From: Amoeboradix gromovi X-113
Taxonomy: Eukaryota > Fungi > Sanchytriomycota
Assembly: GCA_018985225.1 (NCBI GenBank)
Contig: JADGIF010000014.1
Coordinates: 1 to 32,000, forward strand
Reading direction: 5' to 3'
Length of the DNA stretch: 32,000 nt
Position 1 is the first letter of the stretch, and the number at the start of each line of letters is the position of its first letter. Shown here piece after piece: positions 1-11,300 of the stretch. A program made the translations under genes and the position numbers. The notes beneath the pieces are model-generated. The model was not told the origin of the DNA, searched no databases, and saw only the letters and a list, made by a program, of their open reading frames with translations.

Positions 1-170
1 ATATTCTGTACAGCTATTCTCTTACTCTTTCATCCAATCTTTATCTCAAATAAAATATCACTATTACTCTGTAAAAACTAGAATAGACAAGAGTAATGAT
101 GCTAGTATAGCATTACAAAATAACTCTAGAAAAGAGTACCGTCTAAGAAAATGCACCTTTTGCTTAGATG

Positions 171-347
171 CTCAAAGACCTCATATATTTGAACGAGATG
201 CAGGGTCTTCTAGTTTTATTTTGAAGAGGGGATTGAAAGCAGTGAAAGAAAATGAGTATAATAGAAGATCTTTTAATGATAGCATTTCCTCCGTATGGAG
301 CATCTTTAAAAACGAGTTAGCCTAGTTTTTATATTTGGTGTCCCAAA
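171..347. repeat. Degenerate dispersed repeat; inverted copy of 2866-3044
   Basis: The reverse complement of 171-347 aligns by eye with 2866-3044. There is a perfect 26-nt block (CTAGTTTTTATATTTGGTGTCCCAAA at 322-347 vs TTTGGGACACCAAATATAAAAACTAG at 2866-2891), then collinear blocks TGCTCCATA.GGAGGAAAT, TTTTCTTTCA and AGGTCTTTGAG. Confidence 0.9.
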
Positions 348-573
348 TTGAATATAACGAATTCCTTTCCCCCGCTAACTATGCAGTAAATAGCTTTTAT
401 ACACAACAAGTAATAAGGTATCAATCTTGGAAAGTTAGGCCTGCCAAATATTTGGAACTGAAATATTTAAACCCACAAGGTGCAAGTTAAGTTAATTTAA
501 AAACCCGTCGTCTCCAAGGATCTTATTGGATCTAAAAAAGATGAGCCAAGTTTCTAAATGATTACTGAATTTA

Positions 574-2404
574 TTAAATTTGTATCTTGCTCACATATTT
601 CATCAGATCTTCCATAAACCTTCTTTCTTCATTTGAAATCGTAGATTGCAAGATCCACAATTGAACTAAATCTAATCCGTGTATTTTGCATAATTCAATT
701 ATGTAGTTAAAAAATGGATCTTTGTAGTTATTGCATCCATATATGTCGAAATATACTTCATAGCTGTCTTGATTTATCTTAAAATTACAATACATTTTAT
801 ACAACAATTTGATTTGATCTTTTGGCCTGTCTACTTTCCATATACTTGGTGTGTAATCATTAATTAGTAGTTTGACCATGGTTATAATAGCTGTTGGTGA
901 TTTGCTTTTTATTGATTGCAGTGCAATTTTAGCATCCTCAATTAGTTCTAATCTCGAGCAAGTTAAACCGAACTTGAACAGTTCAGTTGTTGTATATTGA
1001 GTGTTGGGATTTTTTTTCAATTCATTCTTTATGCTCCAATAATACTTCAAGTCGTTGTACAACATCTAAATTAACTACAAGTACCAAAAACAAGTCATCA
1101 AGCCATTTCTCGCATAATCGTTGATTCTCTGGCAGAAAAATCATGTCTTCAGTTTCCATCACAAATATTTTGTTGCGCAATGTCAATAAACCATCCCATG
1201 TCAACTTAGCAGCCATTTTAGCTAGTATTCTGTATACTGACTTTAAAATAGGATTAGAGAGCGGCTCTTGGGCTGTACCGTCAGGAATAAGAGTTAGCTG
1301 CTCTAATAGGTCAACATTCTCACGAACATGACAGAATCTAGACGCAGGTTTTAAAGTTTTGTAAAACTCCATTTCTGGGTTAGGTTGGTAATTATTCACA
1401 GGTGCTGAATTAAGGCTTATCAATGCGTCTTCATGCAAATCAAGCTCAATCTGGGTGGAAGCATAGTTCAACCATGAAAGTGCGTTACTTGACTGTTTTA
1501 AGACTAGCAATTTAGCTATTTTATTAGCCAAATTAAAGTCTTTACGATTAAACAAGAAATCATATTCAAAGTATAATTGAGAGGTTGACCGCTCAGAGTC
1601 GAAATCAATTTTGAGTTTATTAAATGCCTCTGATTGTCGGCTAGCAAAGACCAATCCCTGTAAATACGCTAAGTTAGTAAATTCATCAATTTCAAGAGGA
1701 GGTAGGTTAAACAGAGAGCCATCGACCCATTTTAGTAATAAATCAGATCTTCCAAGTGCATTTAAAATAGATTTGACATAGCAAATTAAAAAATTGCCAT
1801 CGAAAGAATGAACTTCAAATGTAGTACTAGATTCAGAATAAACATGATACGCACTTTTAAGAAACTTTATAATGGATCTTTCATCAGGAAATACATTCTC
1901 GCGATATAACGGACCTAATGTGCTGCTAACCGGAGGCTCTAAAGACCAAGAGCGAAGTATGGATACAACATAGATCTCGTGCCAGAATATGTCTTGAAAT
2001 TTGTCAATGTCTACTTTCTGGTCATCTTGATTTATACCATAACTAAAGACACCGCCAGGAAGAGAAACCTGCACGCGGACATCAATTGCGCTAAAAGGAT
2101 TGAAAGTAGATAATGTACCACGAATTACCGTCAGATCATCAAACCATGCTTTTAAGTTTTGCGTGGTTAGCAATCTGGCTATTGTTGCTGCCATTGAAGA
2201 AACGCTAGAATTATCAAGACCTACCAGGTGTAGAAAACAGCTTTGCTTGTAGTCATCAGTCTTGTCACCGGCATTCACATCACCATCACAATTGATAATA
2301 TGCAAGTGATCTGGTGGACCTAGTTGCTTGAAGGAATTGATAAACTGGTTTCTAATAAGTAGTGATTCGCCAATATGGCTCTCAAATGCAACAGCATTCG
2401 ACAT
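574..2404 (-). CDS. ChAPs family (Chs5-Arf1-binding, Bch1/Bud7-like) exomer cargo adaptor; join complement(574..1065,1085..2404), 603 aa
   Basis: N-terminal FKQLGPPDH, TFNPFSAIDVRV, ALISLNSAP, LTWDGLLTLRNKIFVME and RLCEKWLDDLFL|MLYNDLK match ChAPs motifs as I recall them. The two ORFs join through a 19-nt intron. Confidence 0.92.
1066..1084 (-). other. 19-nt spliceosomal intron (phase 0) GTACTTGTAGTTAATTTAG
   Basis: Removal gives WLDDLFLMLYNDLK, which aligns without gaps to the recalled ChAPs consensus WLDNLFMVLYEDLR. GT-AG ends with a TTAAT branch-like motif. Confidence 0.9.
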
Positions 2405-2770
2405 TTGTTACAGGGGTCATAATACCTAAAAAATACCATATGGGACACAATTTCAGAAAATGTCCGCAACTCTAAGTCAGAAGACCACCTGGAAAGATAT
2501 TTCAGTCTCGTGATATGCCATTAAACCTTTTTCAATATGAAAAATGCATTGGCAATATCTTTTTCGAAATAGCTTGGCTGATTAGCACTTGAGTATATGT
2601 TACAATATCTCAACCGATAAATATTCTCATATTCTGTCTTGATGTTTGCAATGTTATTTCTAGTGCTTCATTATCATCTTTTTTGCTATTTTGCAACGGC
2701 GCTTTGTGTTTGGGTTTTCACTTTCTTTGTTGTGTTGAGCATGCTGAATTAATTATAATGGGTAATCCAG

Positions 2771-2832
2771 TGTGGTTTCTAGTTGTTCCTCCTACTTGGA
2801 AATGAGGACATCTTGTCAGAATGGGTCTCATA
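2771..2832 (+). repeat. Direct repeat shared with 31488-31549
   Basis: Ungapped hand alignment gives 53/62 identical, with 30 of the first 31 nt identical (TGTGGTTTCTAG[T/G]TGTTCCTCCTACTTGGAA). Confidence 0.9.
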
Positions 2833-2865
2833 GCTAATTGCTTAAATACACACAGGTCAATAACT

Positions 2866-3254
2866 TTTGGGACACCAAATATAAAAACTAGATCAAGTCG
2901 TTTTCAAAGTAGGTGCTCCATAAGGAGGAAATACTATTATTAATAAAAGTCCTTCTTTCAAACCAGTTTTCTTTCATTAATGTCATTCCTCTCTTTAAAA
3001 TATAACAAGATGACCCACTATCTCTTACAAATAAGGTCTTTGAGTGTCTTATCTGTTCTATTTTCTTTTTCTTTTTAATAACTTATTTTTTGTTTTCTCT
3101 TCTTATTAATCATTGTTTCTAAGATTGAAAAGCTTTTGTACTAAAATAATTTACTCGAACCAATCAGATTAATTTAACTTACTATCGTTAATAAACACTT
3201 GATATAATGATTCAAACTATTTCGGAAAGTAAGTCTAGTTTTTATATTTGATGT
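2866..3254. mobile_element. Putative degenerate MITE-like non-autonomous element (~390 bp)
   Basis: 21-bp inverted repeat with one mismatch: ACACCAAATATAAAAACTAGA (2872-2892) and TCTAGTTTTTATATTTGATGT (3234-3254). The interior is AT-rich with no long ORF, and its left ~180 nt is repeated at 171-347. No target-site duplication found. Confidence 0.5.
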
Positions 3255-3299
3255 AGCTGTTGTTAAACTTTTGAACAAAAAGATCCCTTGAAATCCGAT

Positions 3300-4022
3300 A
3301 TGAAGAACCCATACAAAACCTTGGGAGTTGGTAAAGATGCTACTAGTAAAGAAATTAGAAAAGCGTATTACAAACTGTCACTTATTCATCATCCTGATAA
3401 GCATGATGGAAATGATGCCGCCTTCAAAGAGATAGTAATTGCATATAAAGTTTTGTCGGAACAAAAAGATGCTTATGATAGTGGTCAACTTATTAACGAA
3501 AAAGATATCTGGGAGAAATGGAATGAATTAGATGAAATGAAGAAGAAGTACCAAAACAGCAAAGAAGAGAAAAAAGATATACTAGAAGCTTATACCAGTT
3601 CAAAGGGTAAGATTGAAGAGATATTTAACAAAGTAATATTCCTAACACTAAATGACGAAGATCGGGTTACCCAAATAGTTACAGATGCTGTTGAGAAAGG
3701 TGACGTCAAACGCTATCGCAAGTTTTTTGAGGAAGATGCAAAGTCTAAGAATAAGCGTCAGAAGTTAATGGAAGATGAAGCTGAAGAGGCCGATATTGCC
3801 AAGAAGGACTTGTTGCAGCATATAAATACAAGGTACAGTGTAGACCACAAAGACCTAAAGGGTAAAGACCTGGATGAATTAGGTGTGATAATGCGTGAGA
3901 AACAGAAAACTGGATGGTACGATATGATTGCGAACATCGAAAAGAGGTACACGAATTGTGCAGAGGAAGATGAGGTAATTGATTTTAGCGTTAAGAAAAA
4001 GAAAAAAAAATCCAAGAAATAA
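3300..4022 (+). CDS. DNAJC9: J-domain protein, DNAJC9-like (240 aa from ATG 3300)
   Basis: N-terminal J domain (NPYKTLGV...HHPDK). YQNSKEEKKDILEAY...DEDRV resembles the DNAJC9 middle domain, and the C-terminus is polybasic (NLS-like). The ORF track starts at an upstream TTG. Confidence 0.85.
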   Translation: MKNPYKTLGVGKDATSKEIRKAYYKLSLIHHPDKHDGNDAAFKEIVIAYKVLSEQKDAYDSGQLINEKDIWEKWNELDEMKKKYQNSKEEKKDILEAYTSSKGKIEEIFNKVIFLTLNDEDRVTQIVTDAVEKGDVKRYRKFFEEDAKSKNKRQKLMEDEAEEADIAKKDLLQHINTRYSVDHKDLKGKDLDELGVIMREKQKTGWYDMIANIEKRYTNCAEEDEVIDFSVKKKKKKSKK

Positions 4023-4034
4023 AGAATATTTACT

Positions 4035-4875
4035 CTAAACTGTGCCGGCTGGGCTTCTAGACTCTATGGTAGAGTGCTTCTCGATTTCTTCATTAGTCAG
4101 AATTCTAATTTAGTTCAAAATACCTTTGTTTTTCAATAGACTTGGATTGCTCATAAACTACAATTTTCTTTTTTCCAAATATTCTCTCCATAAATTGGTC
4201 CACAAAAATGGATGGTGTAATTACCCAGCCTCTGATCTGAGCTGGAAAAAAGGTTGACAATGCAAATGTTGCACTCCTGTCACCTTTAATATAAGTTCTA
4301 CCAAGTACATATACTTTAAAGTATCTCAAATATACCCAGGCAGTTAAAAACCCAACAACTCCAGTTAAAAAACAGCTGAAGGACATAAGAAATATACAGA
4401 ACGCAGAATGTACTAGTAAGTAAACACCAGCAGTGTGTTTAAATCTAATTATATTTACATTTCCAATCCTAATCATATGCTCTGGTATAAGTTGTTTGAA
4501 GGCTACCAAGTAGGCAATACATAGTCCCTGTAGTCCTTCAAGTCTGGAGTTTGCGTATTCCATATTCATTAAAACTAACGATTTTAAAATAATGTAAATT
4601 GTAAATATGGTCACTGTAGTTGTGCATATTATAACGAAAAAATTACAAAATTCTTTAAGCCCCCATCTCTTAACAAAATAAGAAAGGCATGCCACATGAA
4701 CTGTTAAGTATAAAGAAAAAACATACCATTGATCATCCACTAAAGCATTAGTGTATATAGTCCAAACATAATAGAACTGTGATGGTGAGTATGCAATAGG
4801 AAATCCCATTAGAAATAATAAATATAGCATTATAGAACTAGCTACCGATGTTGCTTGAACTACAAAGAGATTCAT
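4035..4875 (-). CDS. TMEM115: TMEM115/DUF1751-like multi-pass Golgi membrane protein; join complement(4035..4104,4124..4875), 273 aa
   Basis: Motifs WGLKEF, YLVAFKQLIPEH, AWVYLRYF and GDRSATFALSTFFP. A 19-nt intron near the 3' end extends the C-terminus to EKQRILTNEEIEKHSTIESRSPAGTV*. Confidence 0.85.
4105..4123 (-). other. 19-nt spliceosomal intron (phase 2) GTATTTTGAACTAAATTAG
   Basis: AG|GTAT donor, CTAAA branch-like motif and TAG acceptor. The ORF-track stop is the acceptor TAG itself. Same length and layout as the other three, but no strong homology test across the junction. Confidence 0.75.
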
Positions 4876-5161
4876 AATAATATTTCAGATGTTTCAACTC
4901 CTGTGAAGCAATGTTGAAGGCTACAGAGTAGCTGCTGACACCAATAGTTCTACTGCTGCCCATATCGTGTAATAACCTGTCGTTTTCTCGATCCTCTGTT
5001 GTTACGGACGAGCGGGCTAATAAGCATATAAAAATAAAAACTGAAGAATTGGAGCAGAGCCTTACAGTCACTTTTAGAACAAGAAATGCTCAAGATTTAC
5101 TTTTCTATGACAAATCTTAGTGAAGTAAAATTTTGTTGCGACGTGTGCAACACATCTCTGG

Positions 5162-7859
5162 ATGTTTTTAATATTTTGTTTTCTCTTGAATGCGGTGGAA
5201 AACAAGTTCCCCATTGAATATTTAGAGTATATATCAGCAGCTAACATTAATATAATAAAGCGCGGAGCCCAGCCAAATGTTTATAAACGGGACTACTTAG
5301 GCGTCGAACATGATGATGAGTTCATTTTATCATTTGACGCTTTTAACTCTACTATTGCACTTCATTTGAAGCCCTCAACTATGAGCCGTGAAATTCAGTT
5401 TTCGTCAAGCCAAACTGAATCGGTTTTCCGGCCTCGATTGTATTCTGGATATGTCTTGGACCATTCTAGCAATGAGGAGTCACTAGACACAGGTGATATA
5501 ACTTTCGCATCTATTTTGATTTCTGACAGTGAGTCTTTCATGGCAAATGGGGATAACTCTGATCTGGAGATGTCTCAGTTTAGCGGACATATAGTTATGA
5601 ACCAAAATACGTACAACATCAAGACTATAGAGTCTTACAATAGAGTAAGAAAAAGGAATGACGCTATGGTATCTGAACCAGTAGGCAGACTTCCTCATGA
5701 GAAGAATGCTCAAATGATAATATATAGATCAAGTGACACCGGCCGCAATGTTGATGGTGAATGGAGCTGTGGTGTGGACTCCATTAAACATTCCATGCCA
5801 GCTGAGTTGCAAAAGACTTTAGAAGTGGCGATAGTTAAGCGCGGAAATACTAATAATGGATGCCCTGGTAGCTTAAAGGAGCTATATATCGGTATTGTCC
5901 TTGATTGTACATACACTGCATTGCATGGAGGTATCAAGAGTGCTACTGATTACATGCTACAACAAATGGATATAGTTAACCAGCTATATAAAAATGACTT
6001 CAACATTGTTTTAGGTATCATTGAGATTGTAGTGATGGATACTTGCTCTAGCACGGTGTTCAATGTCGCTTGCTCTGATTCATATACAATAAACAATAGA
6101 CTGAGCGACTTCAGCAAATGGAGGGCAGATAACAAAAACAAGGATGCAGGAATTTGGCACTTGTTTAGCACTTGCAAGACTGACCCTGTGGTGGGCCTTG
6201 CTTGGATGTCGTCTGTATGTACTACTACTGGTATCAGCAACACAGATACAAGCGGTAACACTCAATATTACTCAGGCGCAAGCATTAGTACTTCGGGTAC
6301 TACAAAGAATGACTGGGTGGTCACAGCTCATGAAATTGGGCATAATTTTGCAGCGAAGCACGACTGTAATGCTCAAGATAGTTGTACAGGCACTTCAGAT
6401 AACAGCTGCTGCGAATGTACTACAGGTACAAACTGTGACTGTGGTGGTACATTTATTATGAATCCTAGCAGTTCATTAGTTTTTACTCCCACAGATTTTT
6501 CTTCCTGTACTAAAGGTCTTGTATGCACTAAAATGCCAATTTTGGCCACTTGCTTAGTTGAACCAGGCCTAAGACCATTGTTGAACCTTAAAGTATGTGG
6601 AAACGGTATATTGGAAGAGGGAGAAGAATGTGATAATGGTATTCATGCATCCTCATGTTGTAATAATTGCACTTTGACTGAAAATAGTCAATGCGATGAC
6701 TTCAGCCATAATTGCTGCACAGGATGTCAAATATCGCCAAGTGATAAAGTGTGTAGACCATCGACTGGAACTTGTGATATTGCAGATTATTGTGATGGCA
6801 AATCGAAGACATGTCCAGCGTTTGATAAACATGAAGCTAACGGGTTACCTTGTAAAAGTGGAGTTAATAAGGATACTTACTGTGCTAGTGGTCAGTGCAC
6901 CAACAGAGATATGCAATGCGTGCTGCATCAGACTTCAGGCGTGTCTGAAGCAATTAAAGACTGGGATCCAATTACAGGTAGCTGTAGTCTGTTTAAGGGC
7001 CAATGTGACCTATGGTGTGATAGCAGCAAGCTACCATGTCGAAAGCTCAGTGGTAACTTTCTAGAAGGCACTAAATGTGGAACGGGCAATGGATACTGTA
7101 ACGCTGATAATCAGTGCACTGATCCAGACCAAGGTAACCATTTCTAACATAGTTGGTATAGTATGGGAGTTTATAGCGAATAACCAAGTATATGTGATAA
7201 TAGCTAGCGTATTCGTGTTGGCAGTCTTTATATTTTCATATGATGCATTAAAGAGAAGAAAACGAAGAAAAAGGCGACAGCGCAAACGGGAAGAGCGGCA
7301 AAGGGCTAAACTAGAATATCAAGTAGAGGCACCACTTCAGCGTAAGAACGTGAGCGCAAATGTTGACAAGTCTTACTATTACGAAGATGAATACGAACAA
7401 ACTGATCTTTATGAGGAACACCGTAACAGTTACCATGCATATGATCTTAACGACGATCGCAACAGCAGGCCACATAGTAGAGAAAGTGCAAGACCAGCTA
7501 AAAGACCGTCTAATTCTAAAGTCCAACCCAGATTGGAACCCGATGATGAGGAGTATGAGACAAGGACAACTAGCAGTGCCAGTAATCAGACCAGAAGACA
7601 GTCAAAAGTCAGAACATATTCAGAAGATGAGGAAGAGACTGATTTACCAGTGCGAGCCAGACAGCCATCAAAAATACCGGAGAAGATATTAAGTTATGAA
7701 GAAACCGACTTAGAACTGGAAGAGGAGGAGCCCATACCAGCACCACGAAAGAAAAATAGTAATATAAACGCACAGTCTAAATCTGATATGGATGAGAATG
7801 ACGCTGGGAGAAAAAGGGCAGGTTCGAAATCAGCAAGGCCTAAAACAATGTACGTTTAA
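5162..7859 (+). CDS. ADAM-family (M12B) metalloprotease-disintegrin, type I membrane protein; join(5162..7133,7153..7859), 892 aa
   Basis: Short signal peptide, prodomain with Cys-switch-like WSCG, KR processing site, zinc motif HEIGHNFAAKHD, Met-turn FIMNP, disintegrin CGNGILEEGEECD and a Cys-rich domain. The TM helix and cytosolic tail are in exon 2. Confidence 0.93.
7134..7152 (+). other. 19-nt spliceosomal intron (phase 1) GTAACCATTTCTAACATAG
   Basis: AAG|GTAA donor, canonical CTAAC branch motif and TAG acceptor. Removal joins the ectodomain in frame to the TM helix (DPDQ-V-GIVWEF). Confidence 0.92.
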
Positions 7860-8371
7860 TAAATTAATTACAATTTTCTTATAATTATTAAGTTTCATCT
7901 TGTGTGAATAACAAAATTCGGAAGAAAGAAACTCCCAGTTGTAATCACTATTAAATGAAATTTATCGGAAATCCTTGAGTTTATTTATAATCAGTGTAAA
8001 AGATTTCAGATTCGGGATCTTATGAGTTTTTTATACAAACTTTTTTATGGTATCTTTAAAAATGGCTGGCATCACTTCAAAATACAGTGAATTGATTTTG
8101 CATCCCCATAAATATAACACTAGCACCTTGCGAAAGATAAACATAGGTGGTTTTTCTGATACGACCTTAAAATGCTATCAAAAATAAAACTGAGTTGATT
8201 AAAGATAGAAATTGCAATTAAGTATTGCGAAAAGCGCTGATGAAGTATAGAGCAATCCCAAGCAAGTCGACCAAGTTTTATTTAAGCGATTAAGAGAATC
8301 CCAATAAGATCGCCACAAGGCTTGGATATTTTTCCGTTCATCAAAAATTATGTAAGAATCTCCCTTAAACT

Positions 8372-11300
8372 ATGGATCAGAGTATCAACATAATTTTACA
8401 GCAGATCATAAAAGATAAAAAATACAAAGAAAGTGGATTACTGCAGCTTAGGGATGCCATAAATAGTATCATATCATCAGAAATATCTTCCGATGCTTTG
8501 CTAAAGTTTATTAATGAACTGAATCGTAAAATATTTGAACTAATTCATGGAAATGACTCAGAAGAAAAAAAATGTGGGATATTCGTTATAATTGAACTTA
8601 TAGATCTAGACACTGAAGATAATACTGTAAAATTAACTCGCTTTTGTAATTATCTAAGAATGGTCTTGCCAAGTAACGATATTCAAGTTATGGAATACGC
8701 TGCCAAGGCCATGGGTAAGCTGTCTTCTCCTTCAATTGGAGGCTCATTGGCAGTCGAACTTGTTGAATTTGAAGTCAAACGATCACTGGAATGGCTTTTA
8801 AACGATAAAACGGAATTTAAGAGATACGCCGCTGTATTGTTAATTAAGGAGATTGCCTTAAATGCGTCTACTATACTTTACGGATATATGAGTCAAATAT
8901 TGGAGTTTATTTGGATTCCATTGCGAGACACCCGGCCAAACGTTAGAAAGGTTGCTAGCGAATCATTCGCTGTTTGTTTATCATTAATACAGCAACGTGA
9001 CTCTCAGCAAAGGGAGCAGTGGTATAAACATATTTACTCGCAGATATTGCAAGGTTTTAAATTCAATTCACCTGAATATATCCATGCAAGTTTTTTAGCA
9101 ATGCAAACTATGATTAGGTTCTCTAGAGAATTCATGCAATCGAATTTCGATGAGTGCCAGTTAAACTTGTATAAATTCAGAGATAACAAAGATCAAGCTG
9201 TTAAAGATACCATTTTACAAACATTGCCTTATTTGGCGTCTAACTTTACCCCTTCTATGTCTAAGATTATCGGTGAATGGATGGAATTTTTGCTATCACC
9301 GTCAAGAAAAGAAAGAGACAGACCAAAAGCTCTGCTATGCAGCTGTGAATTGGCCTGTTACCTAAATCTGGAGTGCAAAAATTATATCCCAGAAATCATC
9401 AAGCAGCTAAAAGATCTCTTTCATAGTAAAATGCGCAAGTCCTGTCTTGATGATATATTTACGTGTATTAGTCTATGCTCTAGAGCATTGCCGGCTGAGT
9501 TAAGCCCTTTTATACCGGAACTGATTGCAATGATATTCAGCAGTGGTTTATCATTTCAAATGCGCCAGACATTAGAAGACTTAGCAACCAATGTTAGTTC
9601 CTTCAGTAATGTAATACAAGAGAGATTATTGAACCTCTTGAGTCAAGTTTTAACTGGACACTCATATCGACCTTCATTTTTGAGTAAAAACAAAGTCTAC
9701 GAGCCCAAAGATCCTGACCTGATTATACTAGCGCTAGAAACCCTGTGTTCTTTTCAAATATCTGGCCAATCTCTGGCTGATTTTTTGGTTGAGGCTGTTA
9801 TTCCCTATTTGGATTTTGACAACTCAAACATCAGATCTGCTGCTGCTAAAACCATATGTGCTATCATGTATCGTGACCCTATAAAGAATACGAAGAATCA
9901 GTTCAGCTTCGATCTTGTATATGAAATATTAGTCAGACTAACTACTATTGCTATCAGCGATCCAGATTACAAAATTAGATTGCTAATAATGAAGTCTTTA
10001 GCTAGTGAATCTTCTGTAGACTTTGTTTTGTGTCAATCGGAACTGATTCGCGCTCTATTTTTGGCTATAAATGATGAATATTATTTGGTGCGTTTAAATG
10101 CTATTACTATTGTAGGCAGGCTGAGTAGTCTAAACCCTGCTTATGTAATGCCTTGCATTCGTAAAATCCTTTTCCAACTTCTCAGCGAATTAGAGTTCTC
10201 AAAGGTTAGCAAAATCAAGGAAGAATCTGCAAAACTTTTATGTGCTTTGGTTATTAGCATTAAAGAATACATCAGACCATATGTTGATAGCATATTTAGG
10301 GTGCTGTTGCCCAAAGTTAAAGATAGTTCTAGTTCTGTTAGTTCTCAGATATTGGTAGCAATTGGTGAAGTGTCTATTTTTGCCAAGGACGATGAAATAG
10401 TGCCGTTTCTTACATCTTTGATGACTACGCTAACAGAGACGTTGCAAGATCAGTCAAGCGTCCGTAAAAGAGAAGCTGCACTGCGTAGTATGAGACTGCT
10501 TGTTAGCTCTACTAGCAATGCTATCCAGCCATATTTAGACTACCCTAACCTAATGGATACACTACTTGATATTCTTAAGACTGAGCAATCACCCAGCATA
10601 AGAAAGGAAACTATGAGACTGATTGGTAACCTAGGCGCCTTGGCGCCATACACATTCAAGAACATACAACGTATCAATTTGGAAGGAACAAGTAAAAAAG
10701 AAGACCTGGATCCAGAAAACCTGGTATACCTCGGTATAATACCAAGCAATGATGACTATTATCCCACCGTAGCTATTTATGCTTTAATGAAAATACTGCG
10801 TGATCAGTCGTTAAACATACATCACACGGCTGTCATACAAGCTACACTATATATGTTTAAAACCCTCGGATTAAAATGCGTGGTATATTTGAATCAAATA
10901 ATGCCTTTGTTCCTGAATATAGTCGGCAATTGCTCTTCCTCGTTATTGGAGTTCTATTTGCAACAGTTAGGGCTACTAATTAAAATAGTCAAACAACATA
11001 TTAGACCTTTTCTAGTAGATTTGTTTAATTTAATTGACTCTTTAAGCGGAAATCACATTCAAATTGTATATCTATCATTATTGGAGAATATTTCTTATGC
11101 CCTTGATGGAGAATTCAAGTCTTACATCCCTCAGATTACTCCTTTCATCAACACTTTGTTGGATGCTAATATCACTAACAGTAATGTAGTTTTAAAAGCA
11201 TTAGACACGCTATGTATATTCGGAAGTAGTTTAGAAGCTTATTTTCATTTGATATTACCCAGTCTACTTAAGCTATTGGAAAGCAGCAACGATCTGTTGA

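Noticed and set aside
1066-1078. Alternative 13-nt intron GTAGTTAATTTAG in ChAPs
   Set aside because: It restores the frame but leaves two extra residues relative to the family motif; the 19-nt version matches both the motif and the other introns.
1022-1084. Programmed frameshift, pseudogene or sequencing error as the cause of the split ORFs
   Set aside because: Each break coincides with a GT...AG segment of identical length and shared internal consensus. In ChAPs a simple frameshift would leave about six extra residues inside a conserved motif.
4838-5071. 77-aa minus-strand ORF upstream of TMEM115
   Set aside because: It has a non-ATG start, lies in the divergent promoter region, has no motif, and I saw no fitting micro-intron linking it to TMEM115.
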